From an uncultured delta proteobacterium (lineage in GTDB: Bacteria > Myxococcota > Kuafuiibacteriia > Kuafuiibacteriales > Kuafuiibacteriaceae), in NCBI GenBank assembly GCA_963803435.1, contig CAWDML010000005.1:384001-448000 (forward strand): a stretch of 64,000 nt of DNA, given 5' to 3'. Each line of letters opens with the position of its first letter. The stretch's first letter is position 1. The notes under the pieces were generated by a model. The model was not told the origin of the DNA. It did no database searches and saw nothing but the letters and a program-made list of their open reading frames with translations. A program made the translations under genes and the position numbers. Positions 9,507 to 21,994 of this stretch are shown piece by piece.

Positions 9507-11787
9507 TCACCGCTTGCTCCCGGCCGGGTCGACCCGCTCCACGCGACCCTTTCCGCTGGAGCTGGCGATGGATCGGGCCACCCGCAGGGCTTCCTTCAGC
9601 TTCTTCTGGGGGGTGTGCTCTCCGCTGGGCTCCTTGGGCTGCTCCTCGACCGAGCGCCGCTCGAGCGTGTCCCGGGTCCGCCGGATCAGCGCGGCCAGGT
9701 CGAGCTTGGGCAGGAGGTCCGAGGCGGGCACCGGCTCCTCGCGAAATTCATACGTGCCCCACCGCCACTCCAGGACCTCGACCAGGCGGGCGCTCAGGTT
9801 CTTGCCGAGCTCCTCCTCCAGGACCTCGCGGGTCAGCAGGCCCAGCTCGAGCAGCTTGCCGGTGAGGAGCGTGCCGCTTCGCTCGGCGGCGCCGAGGGCA
9901 TGGTCGAGATCGCGACGGGTGATGAGCCGCGACTTCACGAGGTGCTCGCCGATCAGCTCCATCCCCATGTTCGAGGTGATGCCCATCGGTGAGCCGCTGC
10001 AGATCTGCACGCGCTTCCAGATCAAGCCGCAGCGGAACTCGAGCGTTCCCGAAAGATTGCCGCCGGTGATCGTCTCGAGCACGTCGACGGCGGGTGTGTC
10101 CTCGAGCTTCCCGGTCAACGGCACGCCGCCCAGCGACGGGATCGGTGTGTTGCCGAGAAGCGACTGCGACGTGTCGGCGGGCAGCTCCGGCAGGTCCGGC
10201 TCGAAGTCGGGACGCGGCGGCTTCATCGACGGGATCGTCGGCGTGGTGTGCGGATCGAAGTCGCGGCGCTCGTGTGAGGAGAACTCGACCCAGGCGCTGT
10301 CGCCGATCTGTTTCGCCTCGACGCGAAGCTCGGGCTCGGAGACCACGAGCAGCTCGGGCTGAACGTCGATCTCCGGTGAGTGAGCGGTGACCGGGGAGGG
10401 CGTGGGGGCCGAGCTGAGATCGTTCGGCAGCTCGACGAGCTCCGGCACCGGCGTCATCACCACGGGATCGGCGGCCCGCGGAGCCAAGGGCTTGGCCGTG
10501 TCCGTGGGCGCGTCGTCGAGCTCCGGCGCCAGGATGGGGACCTCGAGAATCCGACGGAAGATCCGAATGCAGCTCCTCCAGCTCGGGCATCGGGGTGAGG
10601 GAGCTGGTGTCGATGTTCCGCGCTTCGGTGGCCGATTCCAGCTGATGCGCCACCTGGTTCCCCGTGTCCGTGCGCTCCTGCGGCGTCCGTGGGGCTGGGA
10701 GCATCCGGCGTTCGGCGCGGACCGAGGGCGCCATCGGCGATGGGCGCTGGGACTCCGTCGACTCGGGATAGAGACGGTGGCGCGTGAAGAAGACCGACAG
10801 CACCCAGGGCGTCGCGTGGCGGCCGCTCCGCATGAGCCACGCCTCGAGCGCGTTCGCCATGTCCTGGGCCGTCGTGTAGCGCCGCTCGGGCGCGGTGGCG
10901 GTGGCGCGCTCGACGATGCGTCGGAGATCCTCCGGTACCCCTTCGCGTTCGAGGCGATACATCGGAACGCCCTGGTTCACGATCTTCCACATCACCTCGT
11001 ACGCGGTCTTGCCCGTGAAGCACTCCCGCCCGGACAGCAGCTCGAACAGCATCACGCCGGCCGCATAGATATCGGTCTGGATGCTGCACTCCTCACCTGC
11101 GATGTACTCGGGTGCAAGATATGCATACTTGCCCTTCACCAGGCCCGGCTCGGTCTTCTCCTGGATGCGGCCGCGCATCCGCACCACGCCGAAGTCCGCC
11201 AGCTTCACGTGACCGCTGGTGCTGACGAGGACGTTCGCCGGGTTCACGTCCCGGTGGATGATCTCGAGGGGGGCCCCGTCGGGCCCGAGCGCGGTGTGGG
11301 CGTGGTGAAGACCGCGCAGAACCTCGGCGACGATGAACACGGCCAGCTCGAAGGGGAGCGCCTCGCGCCGGGCGCGGAGCTTGGTGTTGACGCGGCGAAG
11401 GTCCGTACCCTCCACGTATTCGAGCGCGACGAACACGCTGCCCTCGAATTCATCGATGTCCAAGATCGAGACGATGTTCGGATGATCGAAGCAGGCGGTG
11501 GCGCGGGCTTCGTCGAGCAACATTTTTTCGAGTTGTTTACTGTCGGTGCGCGATCGTTTGACGCGTTTGATCACCGCGCGTCTCACCACACCAAAGGAAG
11601 ACATCTTGTGAGCGACGAACAGGTCCGCCATGCTGCCGCCGCCCAGCCGGGCGACGACTTGGTAGGCGCCGATCATGGGCGGCAACGGGCTGTGCGACGT
11701 GCTCGAGAAGCCGCCGTCGTCGTCGGGCGGATCGATCGCGCCGGCCGCCGACGCGGGCGCCTCTCGATCAGCTCCGGACCCAGACAC
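9507..11787 (-). CDS. Ser/Thr protein kinase with Pro/acidic linker and C-terminal DUF4388-like domain; +1 frameshift at ~10549
   Basis: LGGGSMADLF, VIKRVK, IHRDVNPANVL, KLADFG, KGKYAYLAPE, DIYAAG. Removing one T from GAT-T-CTC joins the kinase frame to the 9507..10487 frame (SGTLEFRCG...IGEHLVKSRLIT...VLEWRWGTYEF). Confidence 0.85.
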
Positions 11788-11866
11788 GGATTAGAGAGAA
11801 CACAGTCCCGAAAACCCAGTCAACGCCGCACCTTGGATGACCATTCGTTACGCGGGTTCGCCGCGG

Positions 11867-12325
11867 TCACCGGGGGCCACTGACGACCCGCTTGTAGATC
11901 TCACGATCGATGCGATGAAAGCCGACGGCCCGATAGAACTCGCGGGCCGAAACGTTCTGGTTGGCGACTTCCAGCGTGATGCTGGGCAAACCCTCGGAGG
12001 CTGCGTAGTCCTCCACGAAGCTGATCATTCGCCGCCCCAGCCCGTGCTCGCGCGCCTTGCCCTTGACGAAGATCTCGTCGAGGACCGCCACGTCCGAGGC
12101 CCACTCGAAGCTGGGCCGCCGCACGACCAGCGCGTAGCCGATGGCTTCGCCCACGTCGGTCGCGAGCACCACGCGGCCCCGATTGGGCGCCTCGAACAGG
12201 TCCTCGAGCACGGCGCCGAGCTGCTCGCCGGAATGCGCGCGCAGGCCCTCCTGCAGGTGGTACTCCTCGAGCAGCGGGAGGAGCGCGGCGATGTCGGCAC
12301 GCGAGGCCCAGCGGATCTCAGCCAT
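11867..12325 (-). CDS. GNAT family N-acetyltransferase
   Basis: LDEIFV..AREHGLGRRMI, LEVANQNVSAREFYRAVGF. Confidence 0.88.
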   Translation of the reverse strand: MAEIRWASRADIAALLPLLEEYHLQEGLRAHSGEQLGAVLEDLFEAPNRGRVVLATDVGEAIGYALVVRRPSFEWASDVAVLDEIFVKGKAREHGLGRRMISFVEDYAASEGLPSITLEVANQNVSAREFYRAVGFHRIDREIYKRVVSGPR

Positions 12326-12403
12326 CGGCTGCTGCTAGCGCGAAAACGGCGGGCGCGGCAAGGTCGACGGATCCGACGGGCCCATGTTACCCATGCGGGT
12401 CGG

Positions 12404-13933
12404 GTGCCGGAGCTCCTCCTCATCCTCTACTTCGCCCTCCTGGGCACGCTCGCGCTCCTCGGCGTCCATCGCTTGATCCTGACCGCCATCGCCGTCCGTG
12501 CCCCGAAGATCGTGCAGACCCCGGTGTCCGGACCGTGGCCGCCCGTGCTGGTCCAGCTGCCGATCTACAACGAGGCGTTCGTCGCAGAGCGTCTGGTCCG
12601 GGCGGCCGCCGCCCTTCGCGCTTCCGGGCCCCTCACACTCCAGATCCTGGACGACTCGACGGATGAGACGGCCCGTATCCTCGATCGCACCGTCGCCGAG
12701 CTCTCCTCAGCGGGCGTCGATGTGCGCATCGAGCGTCGAGGCGACCGTTCGGGCTACAAGGCGGGAGCCCTCGCACACGGAATGGCGCGGACCGACCACC
12801 CGCTGATCGCGATCTTCGACGCGGACTTCATCCCCGCCCCCGACTTCCTCGAGCGGATGGTGCCTTCGCTCCTCTCCTCGGAGCGCATCGGTCTGGTACA
12901 GGCGCGCTGGGGTCACGTCAATCGATCCTCGTCGATGTTGACGCGCGCCCAGTCGATCTTCCTCGACGGCCACTTCGCCGTCGAGCACCGCGCGCGCGCA
13001 GCCACCGGTCACTTCTTCAACTTCAACGGGACCGCCGGCGTATGGCGCCGGGCGGCGATCGAACATGCGGGCGGATGGACGCCCGACACGATCACCGAGG
13101 ATCTCGATCTGTCCTATCGCGCGCAGCTCGCCGGCTGGCGCTTCGAGTATCTCGACGACGTCGTCGCACCGGCGGAGCTCCCCGAACGCTGGTCCGCGTT
13201 CCGCTCTCAACAAGCACGATGGGTCCGCGGCAGCGTCGAGGCCGCCCGGAGACATCTGAAGCGCGTCCTCTTCACGTCCGAGCTCCCGCTGGCGGTACGC
13301 GCCGACGCCGCGGTCCACCTCACCAACAACTTCGCCTACCTCTTGATGGCGTTGCTCGCCTGTCTGCTCCCGGCGGCTGTCGTGCTCCGCGATCAGTTGG
13401 GGTGGAGGGTGCCGTTCGGTCAGACGGCGCTCTCCGCGCTCGACCTCTCGATGCTCACCGCGGGCACCTGCGCGATGATCGTCTTCTATGCCGCCGCTGT
13501 GGTACGCACCGACGGCCGCCTGACGGCCTCCCGCGTCCTGGATCTGGTCTATGCGCTCTGCGTGGGCGCCGGGATGAGCCTGTCGAACGCGCGCGAGGTG
13601 CTGGTCGGCCTTCGCTCCCACGGCTCGGAGTTCGTCCGCACACCCAAGCGCGGCGACACCGGGCGGGCGCAAGCGATGGCGATCTACCGGACGCCGCGCC
13701 GCCGGCTCCTCCTCGCGGTCGAATCGATCTTCACGATCTACTTCGCGGCCGGCCTCGCCTATGCGCTCTACTTCGAGCTCTGGGGCGCGCTGCCGTTCCT
13801 GCTGTTGTATCTGATCGGCTTCAGCTCGGTGGTGATGGGGCACGTCCTCGAGCTGGTTCAGTCGAGCTTGTCGAGTCGGATGATCTCGGTGACCGAGCCC
13901 TCCTCCTCCTCCTCGCCGTCCTCACTCTCGTAG
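12404..13933 (+). CDS. GT2 processive glycosyltransferase (cellulose synthase-like)
   Basis: QLPIYNE, LDDSTD, GYKAGAL, IFDADF, FNGTAG, TEDLDLS, QQARW (QxxRW), C-terminal TM helices. Start placed at GTG 12404. Confidence 0.92.
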   Translation: MPELLLILYFALLGTLALLGVHRLILTAIAVRAPKIVQTPVSGPWPPVLVQLPIYNEAFVAERLVRAAAALRASGPLTLQILDDSTDETARILDRTVAELSSAGVDVRIERRGDRSGYKAGALAHGMARTDHPLIAIFDADFIPAPDFLERMVPSLLSSERIGLVQARWGHVNRSSSMLTRAQSIFLDGHFAVEHRARAATGHFFNFNGTAGVWRRAAIEHAGGWTPDTITEDLDLSYRAQLAGWRFEYLDDVVAPAELPERWSAFRSQQARWVRGSVEAARRHLKRVLFTSELPLAVRADAAVHLTNNFAYLLMALLACLLPAAVVLRDQLGWRVPFGQTALSALDLSMLTAGTCAMIVFYAAAVVRTDGRLTASRVLDLVYALCVGAGMSLSNAREVLVGLRSHGSEFVRTPKRGDTGRAQAMAIYRTPRRRLLLAVESIFTIYFAAGLAYALYFELWGALPFLLLYLIGFSSVVMGHVLELVQSSLSSRMISVTEPSSSSSPSSLS

Positions 13934-16900
13934 CGGTGGCCTACCGGGTTGCTGAGCGCACCGCCGAACTTCGGGTTCTGGTTCATCACCTGCGGGGACT
14001 CGGTGGTCGTCTCGGCGGCGAACTTCTCGTCGAAGCCGAGCGCGACGTCGTCCTCGGTGGCCTGGATCTCGGCCATCAGCGCGGCGAAGGGGGCCGCGTT
14101 CTCGTTGCTCGGCTCGCTGGTGGGCTCGCCGAGCCGCGCCGCCAGGGCCGCCTGACGGATCACGGCCGTCGGAGGTGAGTAGTCGGGATCGACGGTGTCC
14201 GACAGCCCTAGGGGCTCGACCTCGCCCGTGTAGAGCTGCGGCTTGAGCGCGTCCTGGACCGCGGCGTCGGCCATTACCTCGCTGAAGTGCTCGGGGATGG
14301 AGCGTCGCGCCTTGTCGAGCACGCCCGCGACCTTGCGGACGAGGCGCTGGCGCTCGATCATCGCCCGGTTGTCGGACTTGGTTCGCTCGAGCTCCTTCTT
14401 GAGCTCCGCGACCGCGGACTCGAGCTGACGGAGCCGATCGGCTTTGACCTCGATCTCATTGATCAGCGCGTCCTCGCTCACCTGGAGCGCGAGCGCGTCG
14501 TCCTGCGCCGCCCGCAGCTTTTGCTGCGTGTCTTCGAGGTCGGCCGCCAGCGAGTCGACCTCCGCCTTGAACGATCCGATCTGCGCGCCCGCGTCCTCGA
14601 TGGAGTGCTTGAGGCCCTGAAGCTCCGCGTCCTTGGCCGCGGTCTCTTTCTGCGCCTTTTCCAGCTGCGAGGTCAGCGAGGTCACCCGCGCCTGGAGCTC
14701 GGAGCCCGAGGTCTCCACCTTACGCCGCAGCGTGGTGGTCTCCGAGTACGCGTCCGATAGCTCCGCCTCGCGGCGGCTGAGCTCGCTCTGGACGTCTTCG
14801 AGCTGCGACTCGACCTCGGCGCGCACGCCGCGCTCCGACTCGAGCATCGCCTCGAGCTCCTGGCGCGACGCCATCTCCTCCTCGAGCCGCGACTCGAGCT
14901 CCTGCTCGTTCTTGGCGCTCTGCTCGGTCCTGGCGGAGAGGTCGGCGTGGCTCTGCTCGACCTCCTCGAGCTCCGACTCGAGGGATGCGATCTGCGACTC
15001 GAATCGCTCGCGCTCCTGGTTCGAGGTCTCCAGCTTCTCCTTGGCCTTCCGGACGAGATCCTCCGCGCGCTGCCAGCGGGCCCGCTCCTCCTCGAGCATC
15101 CGGGTGGTCTCGCGATCCTTCTCCTCCAGCCGGCTCAGCTGATCCTCGAGGTTCTCGACCTGCTCCTGGAGCGCCTCACGTTCGGCGTGGGCCTCCTCGT
15201 AGCCGCCCTTGTACTGGGCCGCTTCGGCGCGGGTCTGCTTGAGCGACTTCTCGGCGAGCTTGAGCGAGCTCTCGAGGTCGTGCGAGCGCGACTCCAGGTT
15301 CGTCGCGCTCTTCCGGTAGTGATCGAGCTCAGCGAGCCGCTCGAAGAAATTGGTCTGGGCGCCGTCGAGCTCTCCTTCGAGCTCGCCGATCCTGCGGCCC
15401 GCCTCGCCGCGTTCGGCCTCGAGGGTCTCCTCGAGCTCGGTGATCGCGGCCTCGAGCTCGACGATCCGATCGTCCTTGCCGCCGGCCACCTCGAGCATGC
15501 TCTCGAGCTGGGCCACCCAATCGTTGAGCGCGCGGATCTGGTCTGAGGCCGCCCGGCGCTTCTCCTCGAACTCGGCCGCCTCGGCGTCGTGGGTGTTGTT
15601 GAGCGTCTCGAGCAGCTCCCGGTGGCGGACCTCGAGGGCCGCCAGCTGCTCCGCGCGCTCGGTCTCGAGACCCTCGACCTGCGCCAGGTGAGTCGCCTCC
15701 AGCGAGAACTCGCGCTCCTTGTGCTCGCCGTGGACGCGGTCGAGCTCGGCCCGGTGCTCTTCGAGCACGACCTCCAGCTTGGCGTCGTACTCGCGCTCGA
15801 GCTGCTGCTCGGCGTTCGTCTTCTCGAAGACCAGCTGATCGAGCTGATCGTGGAGGTTGTGGACCTGCTGGCCCCGGTCGGTGGAGACGGCCTCCACGGT
15901 CTCGAGCCGAGCCCGCAGCTCTGCGATCTCCTCGGCCGCCGCCTCGCCGGCCGCGCGCAGCTGGTCGAGCTCCTCGATCTCCTCCTGGAGCAGCGAGAGC
16001 CGCTTCTGATCGTCGGAGAGCGCCTCGTGGGCCTGGTGGAGCTGCTCGCGCAGCGTCGTGTTCGCGTCCTCGATCTCGGCGGTGCGCGCCAGCTTGGCGG
16101 CCTCCTCCGCGTCCTTCTCCTGGAAGATCCGCGTGATCTCCTCCTGGAAGGCGCGGAACTCGCTCTCCACCGCGCCGAGCCGCGTCTGCGTGGTGTCGCG
16201 CGTCCGGATCACCTCTTCGAGGCGCGCCTCGGCCTGCTGCTGGTTGAGCTGGAGCGCGACGACCTGACGGGCCAGGTCGGCGCCGCGCTGCATGACCTCG
16301 TCCCACGTCGACTTCAGCGCCTTCTCGCGGGTCTGGTACTTCTTGACCAGGCTCCGCAGCGCGTTGAGCCGCTCCTCCGGCGAGGCGCGACCGAGGGCCT
16401 GCTCGGGCTCCGATGCGGTCGCCTGCCGGAACGCGTCCTCGAATCTCTGGGCCGGCCAGAGATCCGTGTCGGTCGCGGGTGAACCGACATCGCCGGTCTT
16501 CGGGAGGGGCGGCGGTCCCTGTGGGAGGGGGGGCGGATTTGCGCTGGCCCCGCGCGGGATGGGAGGTGGGGGTGTGCGGACCTGAGGGTCGAGGCCGTCC
16601 TCGTCCTCGTCCTCGGGATCCCAGCCACCGTTGTCGGAGGGCGACGGCTCCGGCGCGGCCTCCAGCATCTCGGTGAGCTTCCCGATCAACGCCTCGATCG
16701 CGACCGGCTTGATCGCGTACTCGTTGGCGCGATCGGTCGACTGCGCGTGCTTCTCCAGCGACTGGGGGGTGGCCTCGCTGCTGGTGAGGAAGATCGGTAG
16801 GTCCTTGAGATCCTTGTCGCGGCGGATCCGGCTGCAGAGCGAGAAGCCGGCCATCGGCTTCCGCCCCAGCTCGACGTTCAACAACACCACCGCCGGACGC

Positions 16901-17028
16901 ATCTTCCGGACGGTATCGATCGAGGCGTCGTCGACGGTGTGCACCGCGATCCCCAGGATCTCCAGGGCGTCCTGGGCCGATTGCGCGAATCCTTGGTCGC
17001 TATCGACGATGAGGATGGACTTGCCCAC
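13858..17028 (-). CDS. pseudo-receiver + long coiled-coil protein (AglZ/FrzS-like motility/polarity protein)
   Basis: N-terminal receiver-like ILIVDSD...RPAVVLLNVEL..GFSLCSRIRRDKDLKDLPIFL..EYAIKP with no phospho-acceptor Asp, Pro-rich linker, then ~750 aa E/L/A-rich heptads. Confidence 0.75.
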   Translation of the reverse strand: MGKSILIVDSDQGFAQSAQDALEILGIAVHTVDDASIDTVRKMRPAVVLLNVELGRKPMAGFSLCSRIRRDKDLKDLPIFLTSSEATPQSLEKHAQSTDRANEYAIKPVAIEALIGKLTEMLEAAPEPSPSDNGGWDPEDEDEDGLDPQVRTPPPPIPRGASANPPPLPQGPPPLPKTGDVGSPATDTDLWPAQRFEDAFRQATASEPEQALGRASPEERLNALRSLVKKYQTREKALKSTWDEVMQRGADLARQVVALQLNQQQAEARLEEVIRTRDTTQTRLGAVESEFRAFQEEITRIFQEKDAEEAAKLARTAEIEDANTTLREQLHQAHEALSDDQKRLSLLQEEIEELDQLRAAGEAAAEEIAELRARLETVEAVSTDRGQQVHNLHDQLDQLVFEKTNAEQQLEREYDAKLEVVLEEHRAELDRVHGEHKEREFSLEATHLAQVEGLETERAEQLAALEVRHRELLETLNNTHDAEAAEFEEKRRAASDQIRALNDWVAQLESMLEVAGGKDDRIVELEAAITELEETLEAERGEAGRRIGELEGELDGAQTNFFERLAELDHYRKSATNLESRSHDLESSLKLAEKSLKQTRAEAAQYKGGYEEAHAEREALQEQVENLEDQLSRLEEKDRETTRMLEEERARWQRAEDLVRKAKEKLETSNQERERFESQIASLESELEEVEQSHADLSARTEQSAKNEQELESRLEEEMASRQELEAMLESERGVRAEVESQLEDVQSELSRREAELSDAYSETTTLRRKVETSGSELQARVTSLTSQLEKAQKETAAKDAELQGLKHSIEDAGAQIGSFKAEVDSLAADLEDTQQKLRAAQDDALALQVSEDALINEIEVKADRLRQLESAVAELKKELERTKSDNRAMIERQRLVRKVAGVLDKARRSIPEHFSEVMADAAVQDALKPQLYTGEVEPLGLSDTVDPDYSPPTAVIRQAALAARLGEPTSEPSNENAAPFAALMAEIQATEDDVALGFDEKFAAETTTESPQVMNQNPKFGGALSNPVGHRYESEDGEEEEEGSVTEIIRLDKLD

Positions 17029-17095
17029 GCGGAGGCTCACGGGGACCCACATCCGGTGGGCCCGCCGGGCAGTCTGACTGGGGCTCGATGTGGGG

Positions 17096-19054
<1,959 letters not shown>

Positions 19055-19071
19055 CGTTGCCTCACTCCCTG

Positions 19072-19116
19072 AAAAGCAAAATCCTCGCCGCGCTCCGGTG
19101 AGCACGGCGAGGATTT
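19072..19116 (-). terminator. Rho-independent terminator after the 5'-nucleotidase gene
   Basis: Stem AAATCCTCGCCG / CGGCGAGGATTT followed on the minus strand by TGCTTTTC. Confidence 0.65.
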
Positions 19117-19131
19117 CATCAAGACGTCATG

Positions 19132-21948
19132 TCAGTTGCAGGTGCGGCTGCCGTCGGTCGGGCAGGCCGAGCCGACGCAGCACAGACGTCGCGGCACCGC
19201 GCCGCCGTACTCCGCCGGGATCTCACCCGGGAGGTCGTGCCCGACGTAGGACGTCAGCGCCAGGATCTCCTTCAGCTCCTGGAAGAAGCCGTTCCCGAGC
19301 GGCGCCTGGGTCCGGAGGTAGAACGGCGCCGGCTGCCCGCCGCGGCACACGCCCGCGGTGGTGTCGCAGGTGGCACCGGCCACCGTGCAGTCGGCGTCGA
19401 TCGTGCACGCGCCGCAGCCGCCGAACTGGGTACCGCTGCTGTCGATGCGCGGGCACAGCCCGAACCCCTGCATGAAGAGCGCGAGGTAGAGGCTGGTGGT
19501 CACGTGCACGTAGCGGTTCGGGTCGAACGGCTGGCCTGCCGTGAGGTCGAACAGCGGCGTCTCCTCGAAGGTGGCGCCGGTGTCGGTCCAGGCGGCGTCG
19601 CCCGCCCCTGCATCGATCAGGTCGATGCGGGTGATGCGCCCGGTGGTCAGCGGGTTCGCCGGATCGAACTCGGGGAGCGACATGTCGTATTCGACGCGGG
19701 CGCCGGAGATGGCGAGCCAGAACGAATCCGCGATCAGACCGCGCGACAGGCCGACCTCGAGGCCGACCTTCACCTCGGGCACCGAGAGCCAGAAGTCGAC
19801 GAGCGTGTATCCGGGCGTCATCTCCTGGGGCGAGATCCCGAGGGGCAGCACGCGGAACAGATCGGCGAAGGCCAGCCCGCCGGTGGCACCCATGTAGATG
19901 CCGGCGCGGACGATACCGTTGGCGGTGATCGCGATCTCGATCGGCTGGTCGACCGCGCTCGTGCTGTACCGGTTGGCCGCCCAGCGCTCGGCGTCGGCTA
20001 CCAGGTTCACGATGTTCGACTCGTGGTTCGGGATCACGTCGCCCACGTCGAACGTGGCCTGGCCCAGGATGTAGAAGAACAGATCGCCCATCACCGCCGG
20101 GTCGTCGCGGATCTCCGCCTGCTTGCCGTCCCGCCCGAAGTTGAGCGCGATCTCGAGCAGCGACGGGAAGTGGACGTCGCACTGCGCGAAGTCGGGCGCG
20201 CAGTTCGCCTGGCATCCGAGGGTGCCGCCGTCATAGCCGTAGCTCTGGCAGGTGACCGGGATGTCGGTGCCGTCGCACTGCTCGTTGCCCTCGACCGTGT
20301 TGTTGCCGCAGTTCGGCACGTCGAACGTGCACCCGGAGACATCGAGCTGCCGGTTGGTCTCGCAGGCGAGCGTACCGCCGGTGGCGCCCGGGACCAGGTT
20401 GAGGCAGTTGCCGCCGTTCGGGAGCGTCGCGCCGTCGCACTGCTCGCCGGGGAAGAACAGGTCGTCGCCCGCCTGCGCCGCCGACTGGCCCTCGAGGCCC
20501 GCGATGACCTGATCGATCAGGCCGTCGAGCACCAGCTGCGTGAGGAAGCCGAGGCCCTGCGCGCTGACCGAGCCGTTGATCGGCGTGAGGCCGGTGGTGG
20601 CCGGGTCGGTGACCCAGGGGCTACCGCTGTTCGCACGGGTGAGGCGGATCCGGCCCACGTACTCGCCGTAGGCGCCCGCCTGCACGATGTAGGTGGTGAT
20701 GCCGCTGGCGTCGTTCGGAACCTCGATGGGCTCGGGCAGCGGCGTATGGCTGTGGCCGCCGATGATCAGATCGAGACCGCGGACGCCCTGGGCGGAGAGC
20801 GCCTGATCGACGCCGCGCGCCACCAGGATGTCCTCGGACAGCCGCGCCTCCTCGGGGCCCGATCCCATGGCGTCCAGCATCGCGAGCTCCTGCTCGTTCA
20901 CGCCGGCGTGCGAGACCGCGACCACCAAGTCGACGCCCATCGCGCGCACGGTGGCGACCGCGCCGGCGACGTCGGCGACCAGTGCCGGGAAGTTGACCGT
21001 GGGATCGGCGCCGGTGGGATCGAGGGCGCAGTTGCCGTTCGAGGCCCGCGGATCCGAGGCCGGCGGGATGCAGACCGAGCGCGGGCACTCGGAGTCGTTG
21101 GTGCAGCTCGACTGCGGGTCGACGGCCAGAGAGAAGTTGATCGGCGCCTTGAAGGGCGCCACCAGCGCTGCGTCGAGCCCCATGTAGCCCACGTACCCGA
21201 CGCGCACGTTGCCGTACGTGGCGATGTAGTAGCGCGCGATCGGCTGACCGGAGGCGCCGCTCTCGGACCAGAACGCGGCCAGGGCGTCGTCGTCCGGCGA
21301 GCTCGCCGAGAAGCGGATGTTGCTGACGACCAGGGGGATCTTGAGGGTGTCGAAGGTCGCGCCCGAACCCGACGGGATGATCTCTCCCTGCGAGATCATC
21401 TGCGCCAGGATGCCCGGTCCGAAGTCGAACTCGTGGTTGCCGAGCGTCATCACGTCGTACCCGAGCACCGTCTGGATGTTGTAGTCGGGCGAGGCGAACA
21501 GGTCCGCCACCTGGAACAGCGAGCCCATCGAGACGTCGCCGGCGCTGACCACGGCGTACGGATCGTTCGCGGTCTGCGCCTCGGCGCTCAGCCGCTCGAT
21601 CGTGCGCGCGCGGCGATAGACGCCGCCCATGATCGCGGGATCGGTGGAGAGATCCGGGTAGTCGTCGAGCGTGGGAGCGAAGCCTTGAATCTGGCTGTGC
21701 TCGTCGTTCGTGTGGATGAAGGTGATCGACTTCGGCTCGTCGCCGGCGTCGTTCGTGCCCATGTCCGGCGTACCGCTGTCGACGCCGGTGTCCACGCCGG
21801 AATCGACGCCGGTGTCGACGCCGGCGTCCACGCCGGTGTCCTTGCCGAGGTCGTTGGTGTTGTCGTCGCTGTTGTTGTCAGGACATCCAGACACGCACAG
21901 CGCCAGCGTGCCCGCGAGGAGCAAGAGAGGTAGGGAGCGATAAGCCAT
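19132..21948 (-). CDS. bifunctional metallophosphatase/5'-nucleotidase lipoprotein with Cys-rich insertions
   Basis: Lipobox VSGC; HTNDEHS, SAGD, GNHEFD, SHAG, GGHSH; 5'-NT C-domain ESNIVNLVADA..NGIVRA..DLFRVLPLG. Confidence 0.88.
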   Translation of the reverse strand: MAYRSLPLLLLAGTLALCVSGCPDNNSDDNTNDLGKDTGVDAGVDTGVDSGVDTGVDSGTPDMGTNDAGDEPKSITFIHTNDEHSQIQGFAPTLDDYPDLSTDPAIMGGVYRRARTIERLSAEAQTANDPYAVVSAGDVSMGSLFQVADLFASPDYNIQTVLGYDVMTLGNHEFDFGPGILAQMISQGEIIPSGSGATFDTLKIPLVVSNIRFSASSPDDDALAAFWSESGASGQPIARYYIATYGNVRVGYVGYMGLDAALVAPFKAPINFSLAVDPQSSCTNDSECPRSVCIPPASDPRASNGNCALDPTGADPTVNFPALVADVAGAVATVRAMGVDLVVAVSHAGVNEQELAMLDAMGSGPEEARLSEDILVARGVDQALSAQGVRGLDLIIGGHSHTPLPEPIEVPNDASGITTYIVQAGAYGEYVGRIRLTRANSGSPWVTDPATTGLTPINGSVSAQGLGFLTQLVLDGLIDQVIAGLEGQSAAQAGDDLFFPGEQCDGATLPNGGNCLNLVPGATGGTLACETNRQLDVSGCTFDVPNCGNNTVEGNEQCDGTDIPVTCQSYGYDGGTLGCQANCAPDFAQCDVHFPSLLEIALNFGRDGKQAEIRDDPAVMGDLFFYILGQATFDVGDVIPNHESNIVNLVADAERWAANRYSTSAVDQPIEIAITANGIVRAGIYMGATGGLAFADLFRVLPLGISPQEMTPGYTLVDFWLSVPEVKVGLEVGLSRGLIADSFWLAISGARVEYDMSLPEFDPANPLTTGRITRIDLIDAGAGDAAWTDTGATFEETPLFDLTAGQPFDPNRYVHVTTSLYLALFMQGFGLCPRIDSSGTQFGGCGACTIDADCTVAGATCDTTAGVCRGGQPAPFYLRTQAPLGNGFFQELKEILALTSYVGHDLPGEIPAEYGGAVPRRLCCVGSACPTDGSRTCN
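21778..21840. repeat. 12-bp coding tandem repeat (D-[TAS]-G-V linker)
   Basis: GTC(G/C)ACGCCGG(T/C/A)-type units encoding DTGVDAGVDTGVDSGVDTGVDSG. Confidence 0.75.
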
Positions 21949-21994
21949 GCGGGGGGCTCTACCCCCCGAACGCGGCGGATCGCAAGTGTGACGG

